Of a stretch of DNA of 64,000 nucleotides, positions 8,450 to 19,196 are shown one piece after another. The position numbers were made by a program, and so were the translations under genes. Within the stretch, counting starts at the first letter, position 1. The number at the start of each line of letters is the position of its first letter. The stretch is taken from the NCBI GenBank assembly GCA_965242575.1, contig OZ251461.1, forward strand, positions 1,505,430 to 1,569,429, given 5' to 3'. The stretch comes from Alphaproteobacteria bacterium (lineage in GTDB: Bacteria; Pseudomonadota; Alphaproteobacteria; UBA7887). The notes beneath the pieces are model-generated. The model was given only the letters and a program-made list of their open reading frames with translations. It ran no database searches and had not been told where the DNA came from.

Positions 8450-10012
8450 CTACCCCGCCGGCGGCGGCGGAGTCGACGCGCCCGTCTCGCCGCGCCTTCT
8501 CCGGTAAACGCGGACGCCGCCCTCGTCGTGAAACGGAGCGTAGTCGGCGGCGATCGCGCCGCGAAGGCGGGCTGCGTCCTCGCCCTCGAGGTACCACGGA
8601 ACGGGATTCGCCGCGTCCGTCACCAGATACGCCGGACGGGACGCCAGCGTTCCCCGCAGCAGGTTGCGGTCGATATACCCCGCGGCGGCCAGCGGCGCGA
8701 CCGTTTCCGGCTTCGCCCAATTGCTCGGATGAACCAGTTTCGAGGGCGGGTCCGTGTCCAGGTACCAATAGACCAGATGATGCGTGAGCGCCCAGACCGC
8801 ATCGCCGGGCCGGCGATCCTCGGCGATGGCCCGGGCGGCGCGGCGGACGAAATGCCCGTCGAACGCGCCGGCCGGATCCAGCGCCAGCCGCGCGGCCGGC
8901 GGCCCCGTCTTCCACGCAGCCTCCGCGAGGCACGCCGCAACGAGGACATGCGCGAACGGCCGCCACCGGGCCCGCGCCCGGGCCCAGGCGAGCGCGCGGG
9001 CGCCGAGAACGGCGAGGATCGGAAAGAGCTGCAACCAGTAATGCCGATGGCCGGCGTCGTCGCCGATCAGGACGGAGGCGGCGACCGCTCCGCACACGAG
9101 AAGCAGAAGCGCCGCCTCCCGCCGTTCGCCGGGCGCGCCGCGCCGCGCGCTCCGGAACGCCGCCCAGAGCCCCGCGGCGCCGGCGAGCGCGAAGGGGCCG
9201 GCGAGATGGGGTTTCCAGAGAATCGTGTCGAACCACCGGACGGCGAACACGCCGAGCGCGCGTGCGGGATCGCTCGAGGCTTCGGCGAAGGCGAGGGGAG
9301 CGACGACGACCGCGAGCCACAGTTCGGCGAGCGCGCCGGCGCGCCAGTACACCAGGACCGTGAGCGCCGGCGGGACGGCGCCGGCAAGCGCGAAAACGGC
9401 GGCGGCCCGGAAGCTCGCCCGCCCCCAGGGGGCGGCCGCCGCCAGCCAGACGGCGAACGCCGCCGCGACGGGGAACAGGTTGGCGCGGGTGAGCACGGCG
9501 ACGGAGACCAGCGCGCCCGCCGCCGCCGCGGCCCAGAGCCGATCGCCGCGCGCAAGGCAAAGCCACAGCGCGGCCATGAACGCCGCCGCGGCCGGCAGTT
9601 CCGTGTACGTCGGCTGGCCGAGGCGGGTGGAGAAGACGGCCACGCATGCGAGCGCCGCGAGGCCGGCCGAAACCGGATCGGTCCGCCGCCGCGCGATCGC
9701 GAAGACGGCGACGCAGGAAACCGCGACGCAGGCGGCGCCGAGCAGCCGCACCGAGACCAGCGACTCGCCGAACGCCGCCATCGCGCCGGCGAGCAGGAAG
9801 AAGATCATCGGCGGCTTGATGTCGAAGAGCGCGACGTAGGGCAGGCGGCCGTCGAGCACGCTCGCCGCGACCAGGACGAAGGTGCTCTCGTCCCAGTCGA
9901 TTACCTCCTGCTCGAGACTCCCGACTCGCGTCGCGCCCACCGCGAGGACGATCGCGGCGGCCCAGAACGCGCCGGAGGCCGCCGCGCCCGATCTTGGCGA
10001 ATTCGTCCCCAC
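8450..10012 (-). CDS. Polytopic membrane glycosyltransferase, ArnT/PMT-like
   Basis: Many hydrophobic helices. The N-terminal loop WDESTFVLVAASVLDGRLPYVALFDIKPP resembles GT39/GT83 enzymes. The GTG 10012 start is chosen and uncertain. Confidence 0.6.
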   Translation of the reverse strand: MGTNSPRSGAAASGAFWAAAIVLAVGATRVGSLEQEVIDWDESTFVLVAASVLDGRLPYVALFDIKPPMIFFLLAGAMAAFGESLVSVRLLGAACVAVSCVAVFAIARRRTDPVSAGLAALACVAVFSTRLGQPTYTELPAAAAFMAALWLCLARGDRLWAAAAAGALVSVAVLTRANLFPVAAAFAVWLAAAAPWGRASFRAAAVFALAGAVPPALTVLVYWRAGALAELWLAVVVAPLAFAEASSDPARALGVFAVRWFDTILWKPHLAGPFALAGAAGLWAAFRSARRGAPGERREAALLLLVCGAVAASVLIGDDAGHRHYWLQLFPILAVLGARALAWARARARWRPFAHVLVAACLAEAAWKTGPPAARLALDPAGAFDGHFVRRAARAIAEDRRPGDAVWALTHHLVYWYLDTDPPSKLVHPSNWAKPETVAPLAAAGYIDRNLLRGTLASRPAYLVTDAANPVPWYLEGEDAARLRGAIAADYAPFHDEGGVRVYRRRRGETGASTPPPPAG

Positions 10013-10081
10013 CGCGTAGCCTCGCCGGAAGAGCGGAACACGGACTCCGCGGCGTCTTACCCTCGAAACGGGAGCCGGTCC

Positions 10082-11452
10082 ATGACGGCGAGCGCGGCCC
10101 CGGCCTGGCATCGGATGAGCGCGGTCGCGCAAGGCGACGCCATCGCCCGCGGCGAGATCGACCCGCGCGCCCTGTGCGCGCACTACCTCGACCGCATCGC
10201 CGCCGCGGAGGGCGCGGAGGCGATCTACCTCCGGACTACGCGGGCGCGCGCCGAGGCGGAGGCGGAGGCCGCCGCCGGGCGCGCGGCGGACGGGCTACGC
10301 GCCAGCCGGCTCGACGGCGTCCCCATCTCGTGGAAGGACATCTTCGACACCGCCGGAACGGCGACGGAAATGGGGACCCCGCTGTTCGCCGGGCGCGTCC
10401 CCGCGCGCGACGCCGAGGCCGTGCGCCGCGCCGCGCGCGCCGGGCTGGTCTGCCTCGGCAAGACCAACACGGTGCAGTTCGCGCTCGGCGGGATCGGCTC
10501 CAACCCGGCGACGGGAACGCCGCCCAACGCGGCGGCGACCGACACGCCGCGCGCGCCCGGCGGGTCGTCCAGCGGCGCGGCGGTGTCTGTCGCGCGGCGC
10601 CTCGCCGCGGCCGCCATCGGCTCCGACACCGGCGGCTCGGTGCGCATCCCCGCCGCGTGGAACCGCCTCGTCGGCCTCAAGACCTCGGTCGGCGCGATCC
10701 CCACCGGGGGCGTCATGCCGCTGGCTCCGACGCTGGACACGGTCGGCCCGCTTTGCGTCGACGCGGCCGACGCGGCGGCGCTGTTCGCCGTGCTCGCGGC
10801 GCGCCCGCCCGTCGATCTGGCGGGCGCGGACGCAGAGGGCCTCCGCCTGCTCGTCGCCGAGGACGTCGTCTGGGACGGCGCGGAGCCCGGAATCGCCGCC
10901 GCGGTGGAGGGCGCCGTCGAGTCCCTCGCCGCCGCCGGCGCCGCGGTCGAACGCGGCCCGGTCCCCGAATTCGCCGAGATCGACGCCTGCCTCGACCGGC
11001 ATGGCGGCCTCGTGACCGCCGAGGGCTACGTCCAGTGGCGGGAGTTCATCGACCGCCGGCCCGACGCCATCGACCCCAACGTGCTGGCGCGCTTCCACCA
11101 GGGCCGCGGCATGAGCGCGCCCGACGTGGAGACGGTGCGCGCCGCGGCGCGGCGCCTCGCCCCCGCGCTCTACCGCCGCATGGCCCGCCACGACGCCGTG
11201 CTCGCCCCGACCGCGCCCATCGCGCCGCCGCCGCTCGCCGACGCGCTCGCCGACGGCGCCGCCTACGCCCACGCGAACCTGCTCGCGCTGCGCAACACGC
11301 GCATCGGCAACGTGCTGCCGTGCTGCGCCCTCACCCTGCCCTGCGGCGCGGCGGACCGCCCCGCCGGCCTGATGGCGATGGCGCCGGCGGGGGAGGACTC
11401 GCGCCTGCTGCGTGTCGGCGCCGCCATCGAGGCGGTCCTGACCCCGCCTTAG
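10082..11452 (+). CDS. Amidase (amidase-signature family, GatA-like)
   Basis: MTASAAPAWHRMSA... with the GGSSSGAAVSVA and GSDTGGSVRIPAAWN signature. Confidence 0.85.
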   Translation: MTASAAPAWHRMSAVAQGDAIARGEIDPRALCAHYLDRIAAAEGAEAIYLRTTRARAEAEAEAAAGRAADGLRASRLDGVPISWKDIFDTAGTATEMGTPLFAGRVPARDAEAVRRAARAGLVCLGKTNTVQFALGGIGSNPATGTPPNAAATDTPRAPGGSSSGAAVSVARRLAAAAIGSDTGGSVRIPAAWNRLVGLKTSVGAIPTGGVMPLAPTLDTVGPLCVDAADAAALFAVLAARPPVDLAGADAEGLRLLVAEDVVWDGAEPGIAAAVEGAVESLAAAGAAVERGPVPEFAEIDACLDRHGGLVTAEGYVQWREFIDRRPDAIDPNVLARFHQGRGMSAPDVETVRAAARRLAPALYRRMARHDAVLAPTAPIAPPPLADALADGAAYAHANLLALRNTRIGNVLPCCALTLPCGAADRPAGLMAMAPAGEDSRLLRVGAAIEAVLTPP

Positions 11453-11621
11453 GATGGTCAAAATATGCCCTGACCGGCCCCGCCTGCTGAAAATTTGGTC
11501 ATATCCCGCTCCTCCCGCGCCGCGAACGCGCCCGCCGCCGAGTTGGCGCGTTTCTTGAAGGCGGTTCGGGTACGCCGGCCGTTCGCGCGGCCGGCGCCCG
11601 AAACGATCCAGGAGGACGGCA

Positions 11622-12959
11622 ATGACCCTGCGCGTCAAAACCCCGATGCTCGCCGGCGGCGCGCTGGCGGTCTCGGCGCTGGCCTGCGCCGGCGTCGCGC
11701 TGGCGCAGGATGCGCCCGCGAACGCCGCCGATGCGGCGGAGACGGCGTATATTTTCAACACCTTCTCGTTCCTGTTCAACGGCGCGCTGGTCATGTGGAT
11801 GGCGGCCGGGTTCTGCATGCTCGAATCGGGGCTGGTGCGATCCAAGAGCGCCGCCGCGATCTGCGCCAAGAACATCGGCCTGTACTCCATCGCCGGGCTG
11901 ATGTACTTCTTCGTCGGCTACAACCTGATGTACGACGGCGTCGACGGCGGAGTCATCGGCAGCCTGGGCTGGTTCAATTCCACCGCCCCCGCCTACGCCG
12001 AGGGCGGCGATTACGCCGCGCCGTCCGACTGGTTCTTCCAGATGGCGTTCGTCGCCACCGCCGCGTCCATCGTCTCGGGAACCCTCGCCGAGCGCGTCAA
12101 GCTCTGGCCGTTCCTGATCTTCGTCGCCGTGCTGACCGGCGTCGTCTATCCGATCCAGGGCGCCTGGCAGTGGGGTTCGGGCTGGCTGTCGGAGATGGGC
12201 TTCAGCGACTTCGCCGGCTCCACCATCGTCCACTCGACCGGGGGCTGGGCGGCGCTCGTCGGTGCCGTCCTGCTCGGCGCGCGCAAGGGCAAGTTCGGCC
12301 CCGACGGCGCGGCGCGGGCCATGCCGGGGTCGTCGCTGCCGCTGGCCACCCTGGGCGTGTTCATTCTGTGGCTCGGCTGGTTCGGCTTCAACGGCGGCTC
12401 GCAGCTGGCGCTCGGAAGCGGCGACGACGCGGCGGCGATGGCGCAGATCTTCGCCAACACCAACCTCGCGGCCGCCGGCGGCGTGGTCGTCGCCATGCTC
12501 GGCAGCCAGCTCGTCTATGGCAAGGTCGACCTGACGATGGCGCTCAACGGCGCGCTCGGCGGCCTGGTGAGCATCACCGCCGAACCGCTTGCGCCGAGCT
12601 TCTTCTCGGCCGTGCTGATCGGCGGCGTCGGCGGCGCGCTGGTCGTCCTCGCCGTCCCGCTGCTCGACAAACTGCGCATCGACGACGTCGTCGGCGCCAT
12701 CCCGGCGCATCTGGTGTGCGGCGTCTGGGGCACGCTCGCGGTCCCGCTGACCAACAGCGATGCGAGTTTCGGGACCCAGCTCGTGGGCGTCGCCGCCATC
12801 GGCGCGTTCGTCGCCGCCGCCAGCCTGGTCGTCTGGTCGGTCCTCAAGGCGACGATGGGCATCCGCCTCGACGACGACGCGGAGGCGCTCGGCGCCGACC
12901 GGTCCGAACTCGGCCTGGAGGCGTGGCCCGAGTTCGGCGCGGGGTCGCAAAGGGTGTAG
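11622..12959 (+). CDS. amtB: Ammonium transporter
   Basis: Signal peptide followed by FNTFSFLFNGALVMWMAAGFCMLESGLVRSKS, AGSTIVHSTGGWAAL and GAIPAHLVCGVWGTL. Confidence 0.9.
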   Translation: MTLRVKTPMLAGGALAVSALACAGVALAQDAPANAADAAETAYIFNTFSFLFNGALVMWMAAGFCMLESGLVRSKSAAAICAKNIGLYSIAGLMYFFVGYNLMYDGVDGGVIGSLGWFNSTAPAYAEGGDYAAPSDWFFQMAFVATAASIVSGTLAERVKLWPFLIFVAVLTGVVYPIQGAWQWGSGWLSEMGFSDFAGSTIVHSTGGWAALVGAVLLGARKGKFGPDGAARAMPGSSLPLATLGVFILWLGWFGFNGGSQLALGSGDDAAAMAQIFANTNLAAAGGVVVAMLGSQLVYGKVDLTMALNGALGGLVSITAEPLAPSFFSAVLIGGVGGALVVLAVPLLDKLRIDDVVGAIPAHLVCGVWGTLAVPLTNSDASFGTQLVGVAAIGAFVAAASLVVWSVLKATMGIRLDDDAEALGADRSELGLEAWPEFGAGSQRV

Positions 12960-13052
12960 CGGGCCTCCCCGGCGGCGCCGCGCGAGCCTTGCGCGGCGCC
13001 GCTTCCCCCGCCTAGGCTCGCGGCGCGCCTTTCGCCGCGAGCCGCCCGCTCC

Positions 13053-14246
13053 ATGATCAACGACCGCCTCGCCGAGCTCCGCGACTATCCGTTCCGGCGC
13101 CTCGCCGATTTGCTGGACGGCGTGGCCCCGCCGCCCGGAGTCGCGCCCGCGGTCATGTCGATCGGCGAGCCGCGCCATCCCGTTCCCCGCCTCGCCATCG
13201 ACGCGCTCGCCGGCGCGGCGGCGGGGTGGGGCCGCTACCCGCCCACCGTCGGGACCGCCGACCTGCGCACGGCCTGCGCCGAATGGCTCGCCCGGCGCTA
13301 CGCCCTGCCGGCCGGCGCGATCGACCCGGACCTGAACGTCCTGCCGTCCAACGGCTCCCGCGAGGCGCTGTTCACCGCCGCGCTGCTGGCCGCGCCCTCT
13401 TCGGTCGGCGGCGCGCGCCCGGCGGCGCTGATCCCCAACCCGTTCTACCAGGTTTACGCCGGCGCGGCGGTCCTCGCCGGGGCGGAGCCCGTGTTCCTCC
13501 CCGCCGCGGCCGAAACGGGCTTCCTGCCGGATTTCGCCGCCCTGCCCGAGGGCCTGCTGCGGCGCACGGCGCTCGCCTACCTCTGCACGCCGTCGAACCC
13601 GCAGGGCGCGGTGGCGGACCTGGACTACCTGCGCGGCGCCGTCGCCCTCGCGCGGCGCCACGATTTCATCCTCGCGGTGGACTCCTGCTACAGCGAGATC
13701 TACCGCGCGGCGCCGCCGCCGGGCGTGCTGGAGGCGTGCCGGGACGGCGAAGACCTCGAGTGCGTGCTCGACTTCCACTCGCTGTCGAAGCGCTCCGGCG
13801 TCCCCGGTCTGCGCTCCGGCTTCATCGCCGGCGGCGCGCGCCTTATGGCGGAATACGCGCGGCTGCGCAGCTACGCCGGCGGCGCCAGCCCGCTTCCGGT
13901 CATGGCCGCCGCCGCGGCGCTGTGGCGCGACGAGGCGCATGTCGAGGAAGGCCGCGTGCTCTACCGCCGCAAATTCGCCATCGCCGAACGCCTCCTCGGC
14001 GGGCGCGGCGGGTTCCGCCGCCCCGAGGGCGGCTTCTACCTGTGGCTGGAGGCGGGCGACGGCGAGGCCGCCGCGCGGCGGCTGTGGGCGGAGGCGGGAG
14101 TCAAGGCGATGCCCGGCGCGTATCTCGCCCGCGACGATTCGCGCGGGGCGGGACGGAACCCGGGCGCGCCCTATATTCGTATGGCGCTGGTGCACGATCC
14201 GGAGGCCACCGAGGCGGCGTTGTCGCGGGCGGCCCGGGTCCTTTGA
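13053..14246 (+). CDS. dapC: Class I/II aminotransferase, succinyldiaminopimelate transaminase-like
   Basis: N-terminus [13 protein letters not shown]...[10 protein letters not shown]...[11 protein letters not shown], plus [16 protein letters not shown] (PLP lysine). Confidence 0.65.
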   Translation: MINDRLAELRDYPFRRLADLLDGVAPPPGVAPAVMSIGEPRHPVPRLAIDALAGAAAGWGRYPPTVGTADLRTACAEWLARRYALPAGAIDPDLNVLPSNGSREALFTAALLAAPSSVGGARPAALIPNPFYQVYAGAAVLAGAEPVFLPAAAETGFLPDFAALPEGLLRRTALAYLCTPSNPQGAVADLDYLRGAVALARRHDFILAVDSCYSEIYRAAPPPGVLEACRDGEDLECVLDFHSLSKRSGVPGLRSGFIAGGARLMAEYARLRSYAGGASPLPVMAAAAALWRDEAHVEEGRVLYRRKFAIAERLLGGRGGFRRPEGGFYLWLEAGDGEAAARRLWAEAGVKAMPGAYLARDDSRGAGRNPGAPYIRMALVHDPEATEAALSRAARVL

Positions 14247-14256
14247 GGAGAACGAC

Positions 14257-16578
14257 GTGGCGACACGGTCCGCGAGCGCGCGCAAGGTGCCCCTCCTGCC
14301 CGCCGGAGTCGGCGAGGCCATCCGCCGGTTCGCCATCGAGAGCACCGGGATCGCCGTCGGCGCGCTGGCGCTGCTGGCGCTGGCGGCGCTCGCCTCCTAC
14401 GCCCCGTCGGACCCGTCGTGGAACACCGCCGCCGACGGCGCCGCGCTGAATTGGGCCGGGCGCGCGGGCGCCTGGGGGGCCGATCTGGGCCTGCAATCGT
14501 TCGGCCTCGCCGCCGCCCTGCTCCCCGCCCTCGCCTTCGTGTGGGGCTGGCGCCTGTGGCGCGACCGCCGCTTCCCCCGCCCCGTCCTGCGCGCCGGCGC
14601 GGCGCTGGCGGCGCTCGCCGCCCTGCCCGCCGCGCTGGAGCTGTGCCTGCCCGGCGCGCGCTGGCCCGCCGGCGGCGGCCCCGGCGGCGCGGCCGGCGAG
14701 GTCCTCGGCGCGGCGCTGGCCGCGGTCGCCGGCGGCGCCGGGCTGTCCGCGCCGGTCCTGGCGCCGCCGGCGGTCCTGCTCGCCGCCGCCGCGGCGGCCT
14801 TTGCGGCCGGGCTGTCGCGCGGCGAATGGCGCGCCCTCGCCGCCGCCCTGGCCGCTCCGCCGCTATGGGCCGCCGCGCGCCTCCGCCGCTTCCGCCGGTC
14901 CGCCCGCCCGGCGCCGCGCGGCCGGCGCGCCGCCGCCGTCGTCCGCGCCGCCGCGCCGCCGCCCGTCGAGGGTCCGGCGGCCCCTCCCGCTCCTTCCGCC
15001 GCCGCGGAGCCCGCCCAGGAGCCTGCCCCGGAGGTCGGCGAGAATCTCGCTCCGGAGGCCGACTCCCCCGGCGCCGAATTTCGCCTGCCGCCCCTCGATC
15101 TGCTCGCCCCGGGCGAGGAGGCCGGCGGCGGCGCGCCCGGCGAGGAGGCGCTGGCGGAGAACGCCGCCGCCCTCGAGGGCGTGCTGGGGGATTTCGGCGT
15201 GCGCGGCGAGGTCGCGCGGGCGAGCTACGGCCCGGTGGTGACGCGCTACGAGCTGGAGCCCGCGCCCGGCACGCGCGCCGCGCGCGTCGTCGCGCTGGCC
15301 GACGACATCGCGCGCTCGATGAGCGCCGTCTCGGCGCGGGTGGCGGTCGTCCCCGGCCGCAACGCCATCGGCGTCGAACTGCCCAACGAACGCCGCGAGA
15401 TCGTCTATCTCCGCGGCCTCCTCGCCGCGCCGGAATACGCCGAGGGGCGGCAGGCGCTCCCCATCGTCCTCGGCAAGGACATTTCCGGCGCGCCCGTCGT
15501 CGCCGATCTCGGCCGCATGCCGCACCTGCTGATCGCCGGCACCACCGGGTCGGGCAAGTCGGTGGCGGTCAACAGCATGATCCTGTCGCTGCTCTACCGG
15601 CTCCGGCCGGAGGAGTGCCGCATGATCATGATCGACCCGAAGATGCTGGAACTGTCGGTTTACGACGACATTCCGCACCTGCTGCACCCGGTGGTGACGG
15701 ATCCGGGCAAGGCGGTGGTGGCGCTCAAATGGGCGGTGAAGGAGATGAACGCGCGCTACCGCATGATGTCGCAGCTCAACGTGCGCAACATCGCCGGCTA
15801 CAACAAGCGCGTCCGCGACGCCAACGCCCGGGGCGAGGCGCTGGAGCGCACGGTGCAGACCGGGTTCGACCCGGAATCGGGCCGCCCGACCTATGAGACC
15901 CAGCCGCTCGACACGACGCCGCTGCCTTTCGTCGTCGTGGTGGTCGACGAGGTCGCCGACCTGATGCTGGTGGCCGGCAAGGACATCGAGGTGGCGATCC
16001 AGAGCCTGGCGCAGAAGGCGCGCGCCGCCGGCATCCACCTGATCGTCGCTACGCAGCGGCCCTCGGTCGACGTCATCACCGGCACCATCAAGGCCAACCT
16101 GCCGACGCGCATCAGCTTCCAGGTGACGTCGAAGATCGACAGCCGGACCATCCTCGGCGAACAGGGCGCGGAGCAGCTCCTGGGCATGGGCGACATGCTC
16201 TACATGGCCGGCGGCGGCAAGGCGTCGCGCGTCCACGGCCCGTTCGTCGCCGACGAGGAGGTGGAGCGGGCCGCCAATTTCCTGCGCGAACAGGGCGCGC
16301 CGGACTACCTCGAATCGATCACCGCGGATTCGGGCGGCGAGGCCGGCGCGGAGGACGGCGGCGGGGGGGATTCCGGCGACGACCTGTTCGACCGCGCCGT
16401 GGCGCTGGTGGCTCGCGAGCGCAAGGCGTCCACCAGTTTCGTCCAGCGCCACCTGTCGATCGGCTACAACCGGGCGGCCAAGATCATCGAGCGCATGGAG
16501 GCCGAGGGGATGGTCGGCAAGGCCAACCACGTCGGCAAGCGCGAGGTGCTGCTCCCCGATTCCGGCGACGGGGAGTAG
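14257..16578 (+). CDS. ftsK: DNA translocase FtsK
   Basis: GTG 14257. N-terminal TM helices, a proline/alanine linker, Walker [20 protein letters not shown], and a C-terminal gamma domain [22 protein letters not shown]. Confidence 0.9.
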   Translation: MATRSASARKVPLLPAGVGEAIRRFAIESTGIAVGALALLALAALASYAPSDPSWNTAADGAALNWAGRAGAWGADLGLQSFGLAAALLPALAFVWGWRLWRDRRFPRPVLRAGAALAALAALPAALELCLPGARWPAGGGPGGAAGEVLGAALAAVAGGAGLSAPVLAPPAVLLAAAAAAFAAGLSRGEWRALAAALAAPPLWAAARLRRFRRSARPAPRGRRAAAVVRAAAPPPVEGPAAPPAPSAAAEPAQEPAPEVGENLAPEADSPGAEFRLPPLDLLAPGEEAGGGAPGEEALAENAAALEGVLGDFGVRGEVARASYGPVVTRYELEPAPGTRAARVVALADDIARSMSAVSARVAVVPGRNAIGVELPNERREIVYLRGLLAAPEYAEGRQALPIVLGKDISGAPVVADLGRMPHLLIAGTTGSGKSVAVNSMILSLLYRLRPEECRMIMIDPKMLELSVYDDIPHLLHPVVTDPGKAVVALKWAVKEMNARYRMMSQLNVRNIAGYNKRVRDANARGEALERTVQTGFDPESGRPTYETQPLDTTPLPFVVVVVDEVADLMLVAGKDIEVAIQSLAQKARAAGIHLIVATQRPSVDVITGTIKANLPTRISFQVTSKIDSRTILGEQGAEQLLGMGDMLYMAGGGKASRVHGPFVADEEVERAANFLREQGAPDYLESITADSGGEAGAEDGGGGDSGDDLFDRAVALVARERKASTSFVQRHLSIGYNRAAKIIERMEAEGMVGKANHVGKREVLLPDSGDGE

Positions 16579-16593
16579 CGCGGCCGGAGCCGC

Positions 16594-17358
16594 CTACGCC
16601 GCGTCGCGGCGGGCGCGGGGCCTGGGCCGGGGCTTGGGCGCGGTCGCCTCGGCCACGGCCTCGCCTATGGCCTTGGGCAGTCCGTCGAGCCGTCCGTGCA
16701 GCCGCGTCACGCCGCCGCGCAACTCGCCCTGCTCGGTATCGATCCGGTCGAGGCGGTCGCGCAACGCGTTCTGGCCCGCCTCCAGCGCCGCGAGGCGTTC
16801 GCGCAACTTGCCCTGCCCCGACTCGATCCGGTCCATGCGGCCGTTCAACTCCCCGCGTAGTCCGGTCATTTCTCCGCGCAGCCCGTCGATGCGCCCGTTC
16901 ACATCCGCGCGCAACTCGCCCTGCCCCGCCTCGATCCGGTCCATGCGCCCGTTCAACTCCCCGCGCATTCCGGTCATCTCCCCGCGCAACCCGTCGATGC
17001 GCCCGTTCATGTCCGCGCGCAACTCGCCCTGCCCCGTCTCGATCCGGTCCATGCGCCCGTTCATGTCGGCGCGCAGCCCGTCGATGCGCCCATCCGTGTC
17101 CGCGCGCGATCCGTCGATGCGCCCAATCATGTCGGCGCGCAGCCCGTCGATGCGTCCGATCGTGTCGGCGCGCAGTTCGTCGATACGCCCGTTCATGTCG
17201 GCGCGCAGTTCGTCGATGCGTCCGGTCATTTCTCCGCGCAGCCCATCGATGCGCCCGTTCACGTCCGCACGGAGCGCGTTCATGTCCGCGCGGAGCCATA
17301 CGAACAGCGCCACCGTCAGCGCCGCCAGTCCGGCGAAGCCGCCCCATTGCTCGATCAT
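16594..17358 (-). CDS. N-terminally membrane-anchored coiled-coil protein built from 7/11-residue LRADxNGRIDG repeats
   Basis: ATG 17358 is preceded by GGAGGGAGG. A TM helix GFAGLAALTVALFVWL is followed by about 23 consecutive units. Confidence 0.7.
   Translation of the reverse strand: MIEQWGGFAGLAALTVALFVWLRADMNALRADVNGRIDGLRGEMTGRIDELRADMNGRIDELRADTIGRIDGLRADMIGRIDGSRADTDGRIDGLRADMNGRMDRIETGQGELRADMNGRIDGLRGEMTGMRGELNGRMDRIEAGQGELRADVNGRIDGLRGEMTGLRGELNGRMDRIESGQGKLRERLAALEAGQNALRDRLDRIDTEQGELRGGVTRLHGRLDGLPKAIGEAVAEATAPKPRPRPRARRDAA
16681..17295. repeat. Degenerate in-frame tandem repeats (21- and 33-nt periodicity) encoding the coiled-coil units
   Basis: Recurrent gcgcagcccgtcgatgcgcccgttca-type units are visible in the DNA. 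In protein they read LRADMNGRIDG / LRGEMTG / IEAGQGE. Confidence 0.8.
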
Positions 17359-17457
17359 TCCTCGCCTCCCTCCGGCGCCGCCGCCATCGTGCGCCTTTCG
17401 GCGCGGCGCCGCAACCGCCCCTTGCGCCGGGCGGCGGAACGGGCCAGATAGCCCGCC

Positions 17458-18105
17458 ATGAGGACGACGATTCTCGCCGCCGCGCTGTGCGCCGCCGCCA
17501 TCCTTCGCGCCGCCCCGGCGCCGGCCCAGGAGGATGCGGCGTGGACCCCGCCCGACGGCGAGATCGTCGCCGCCGTCGAGGCCTATCTCAACGGCCTGCC
17601 GACGGTGCGCGCGCGGTTCGCGCAGACCGACGCCGACGGCGGCGTCGACCGCGGCGTGCTGTGGCTCTGGCGCCCCGGCCTCGCGCGGGTGGAGTACTCC
17701 CCGCCGACCGACCGGCTCCTCGTCGCCGACGGGACCTGGCTCGTCTATTTCGACGCCGAACTCGACCAGGTGAGCCACATCCCCCTCGACATCGGGCCGT
17801 TCCGCTTCCTCCTCGCCGACCGGGTGAGCCTTGAGGGCGACGTCCGCGTGACCGGCGTGGGGCGCGGCGGCGGGTTGCTGCGCCTCGCCATCGAGGACCC
17901 GGAGGCGCCGGGCGACGGCTCCGTGACCCTGGTGTTCGACGAGGACCCGCTCGCGCTGCGCCAGTGGGAGGTGGTCGACCCGCAGGGGTATCTCACCGTC
18001 GTCACCCTGTTCGACGCGGTGCTGGGCGAGCGCTTCGACCGCGACTGGTTCTACTTCCCCGAAAGCGCGCGCAAGCGCGACTTCCGCATCGGCGACCACG
18101 ATTGA
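17458..18105 (+). CDS. lolA: LolA-like outer-membrane lipoprotein carrier protein
   Basis: Signal peptide MRTTILAAALCAAAILRAAPAPA, then F.Q......G.L.L.RPG..R.EY pattern, and the conserved position downstream of ftsK. Confidence 0.7.
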   Translation: MRTTILAAALCAAAILRAAPAPAQEDAAWTPPDGEIVAAVEAYLNGLPTVRARFAQTDADGGVDRGVLWLWRPGLARVEYSPPTDRLLVADGTWLVYFDAELDQVSHIPLDIGPFRFLLADRVSLEGDVRVTGVGRGGGLLRLAIEDPEAPGDGSVTLVFDEDPLALRQWEVVDPQGYLTVVTLFDAVLGERFDRDWFYFPESARKRDFRIGDHD

Positions 18106-18111
18106 GGGGCG

Positions 18112-18591
18112 TCAGGCCGCCTTCGCGCGCCGCCAGGCGTCGAGAGTCTCGCGCGCCTCCCGCTCCGTTCCGGCATCGGCGTCCGCGCCGGGGCGCCTGG
18201 CGCACAGTTCGATGACGTAGCCGTTCGGGTCGCGGAGATAGATCGACTCGATGGCGCCGTGGTCGGTCGGCCCGCGGACCTCGACTCCCTCCGCCCGCGC
18301 CTTGCCCGGCATGGCGCGCAGATCCGCCGCCGAAACCTCCAGCGCGATGTGGAGATCGAAGTCGCGCTGCCGTTTGAAGTCGAACGGCTCGTCCGGCGCC
18401 TCGAAGAACGCCATGAACGACCCGTCGCCGAGCCGGTAGAAGGTGTGCAGCACTCGCGCCCGGCGGCCCGTCCGCGTCTCGCCGATGGCCAGCGCGTCGG
18501 CCAGCGGCAGGCCGAGGAAGTCCTCGTAGAACGCCCGCGTCTCCTCCGAATCGCGGCAGCGATAGGCGTTGTGGTGGAGCTTCTCGATCAT
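18112..18591 (-). CDS. VOC/glyoxalase-family protein
   Basis: MIEKLHHNAYRCRDSEETRAFYEDFLGLPL...DLHIALEV...SIYLRDPNGYVIEL. Confidence 0.8.
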   Translation of the reverse strand: MIEKLHHNAYRCRDSEETRAFYEDFLGLPLADALAIGETRTGRRARVLHTFYRLGDGSFMAFFEAPDEPFDFKRQRDFDLHIALEVSAADLRAMPGKARAEGVEVRGPTDHGAIESIYLRDPNGYVIELCARRPGADADAGTEREARETLDAWRRAKAA

Positions 18592-18605
18592 TGCGTCGTC
18601 CTCCG

Positions 18606-19196
18606 TCAGTCCAGGTCGGCGGCGAGGGACCGGCGCGCGGCCGCGCCGATCGCCGCCCGGTGCGCGTAGCGCGGATGCGCGATCTTCACCGCCGCCGCTT
18701 GCGCCGGGTCGCGGAACGCGGCGACCTGCTCCGGCGCGAGCGGGAAGCGCAGGAAGTGCACCGCCGACGCCTTGCCGGCGGCGGAGGTGCGCTCCACGTC
18801 GCGCTCCGGCTCCGCCGGCGCGGTCGAATCGCCGATGCGCAGCGCCGCCGTCCGCTCGATCCCGCCGACCGCGCCCAGGAACCGCGCGCGGCGGGCCGGG
18901 TCGTCGATCTCGAACATCAGCGTCGCCACCAGTTCGGCGCCGCGCGGGACCAGCGGGTTGTAGGCGGCGAGTTCGTCGGCGATCTGCGCCTCGCCTCCGC
19001 GCTCCACGTAAAGCATTTCGTGGATCTGCATCCACACCGTCTCGCGGTTCTCGAAACTCAGCGAGGCGTGCGGGCCGACCTCGACGCGGCGGAGCCGGCG
19101 CAGCTCGGTCAACGCGCGGCGCTTCTCGCCGCGGACTTTGGCGTAGTCCTCCATCGCCATCACGTCGGCGCGCGCGAGCGTCCCGGCGGTCATCAT
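18606..19196 (-). CDS. DUF3501-family protein
   Basis: MMTAGTLARADVMAMEDYAKVRGEKRR...VWMQIHEMLYVE...ATLMFEIDD. The start overlaps the upstream stop (ATGA-type, 19193-19196). Confidence 0.65.
   Translation of the reverse strand: MMTAGTLARADVMAMEDYAKVRGEKRRALTELRRLRRVEVGPHASLSFENRETVWMQIHEMLYVERGGEAQIADELAAYNPLVPRGAELVATLMFEIDDPARRARFLGAVGGIERTAALRIGDSTAPAEPERDVERTSAAGKASAVHFLRFPLAPEQVAAFRDPAQAAAVKIAHPRYAHRAAIGAAARRSLAADLD

Noticed and set aside
8307-9647. 446-aa and other overlapping ORFs across the glycosyltransferase region
   Set aside because: These are alternative frames of the polytopic membrane protein gene. They are Arg/Pro-rich, lack hydrophobic periodicity and have no motifs.
11541-11560. 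Possible sigma-54 promoter upstream of amtB (TGGCGC-N5-TTGA)
   Set aside because: The -12 element reads GA rather than the near-invariant GC, and I could not find convincing NtrC sites. Support is too weak to annotate.
11499-14345. 948-aa minus-strand ORF
   Set aside because: It is antisense to amtB and the aminotransferase gene, both of which have clear family motifs. Its composition is low-complexity Arg/Gly/Ala.
16681-17295. Tandem repeats considered as a possible CRISPR array or satellite
   Set aside because: The units are 21 or 33 nt, degenerate and contiguous with no unique spacers. They stay in frame within a plausible ORF that has an RBS and a TM helix, so they are coding repeats.
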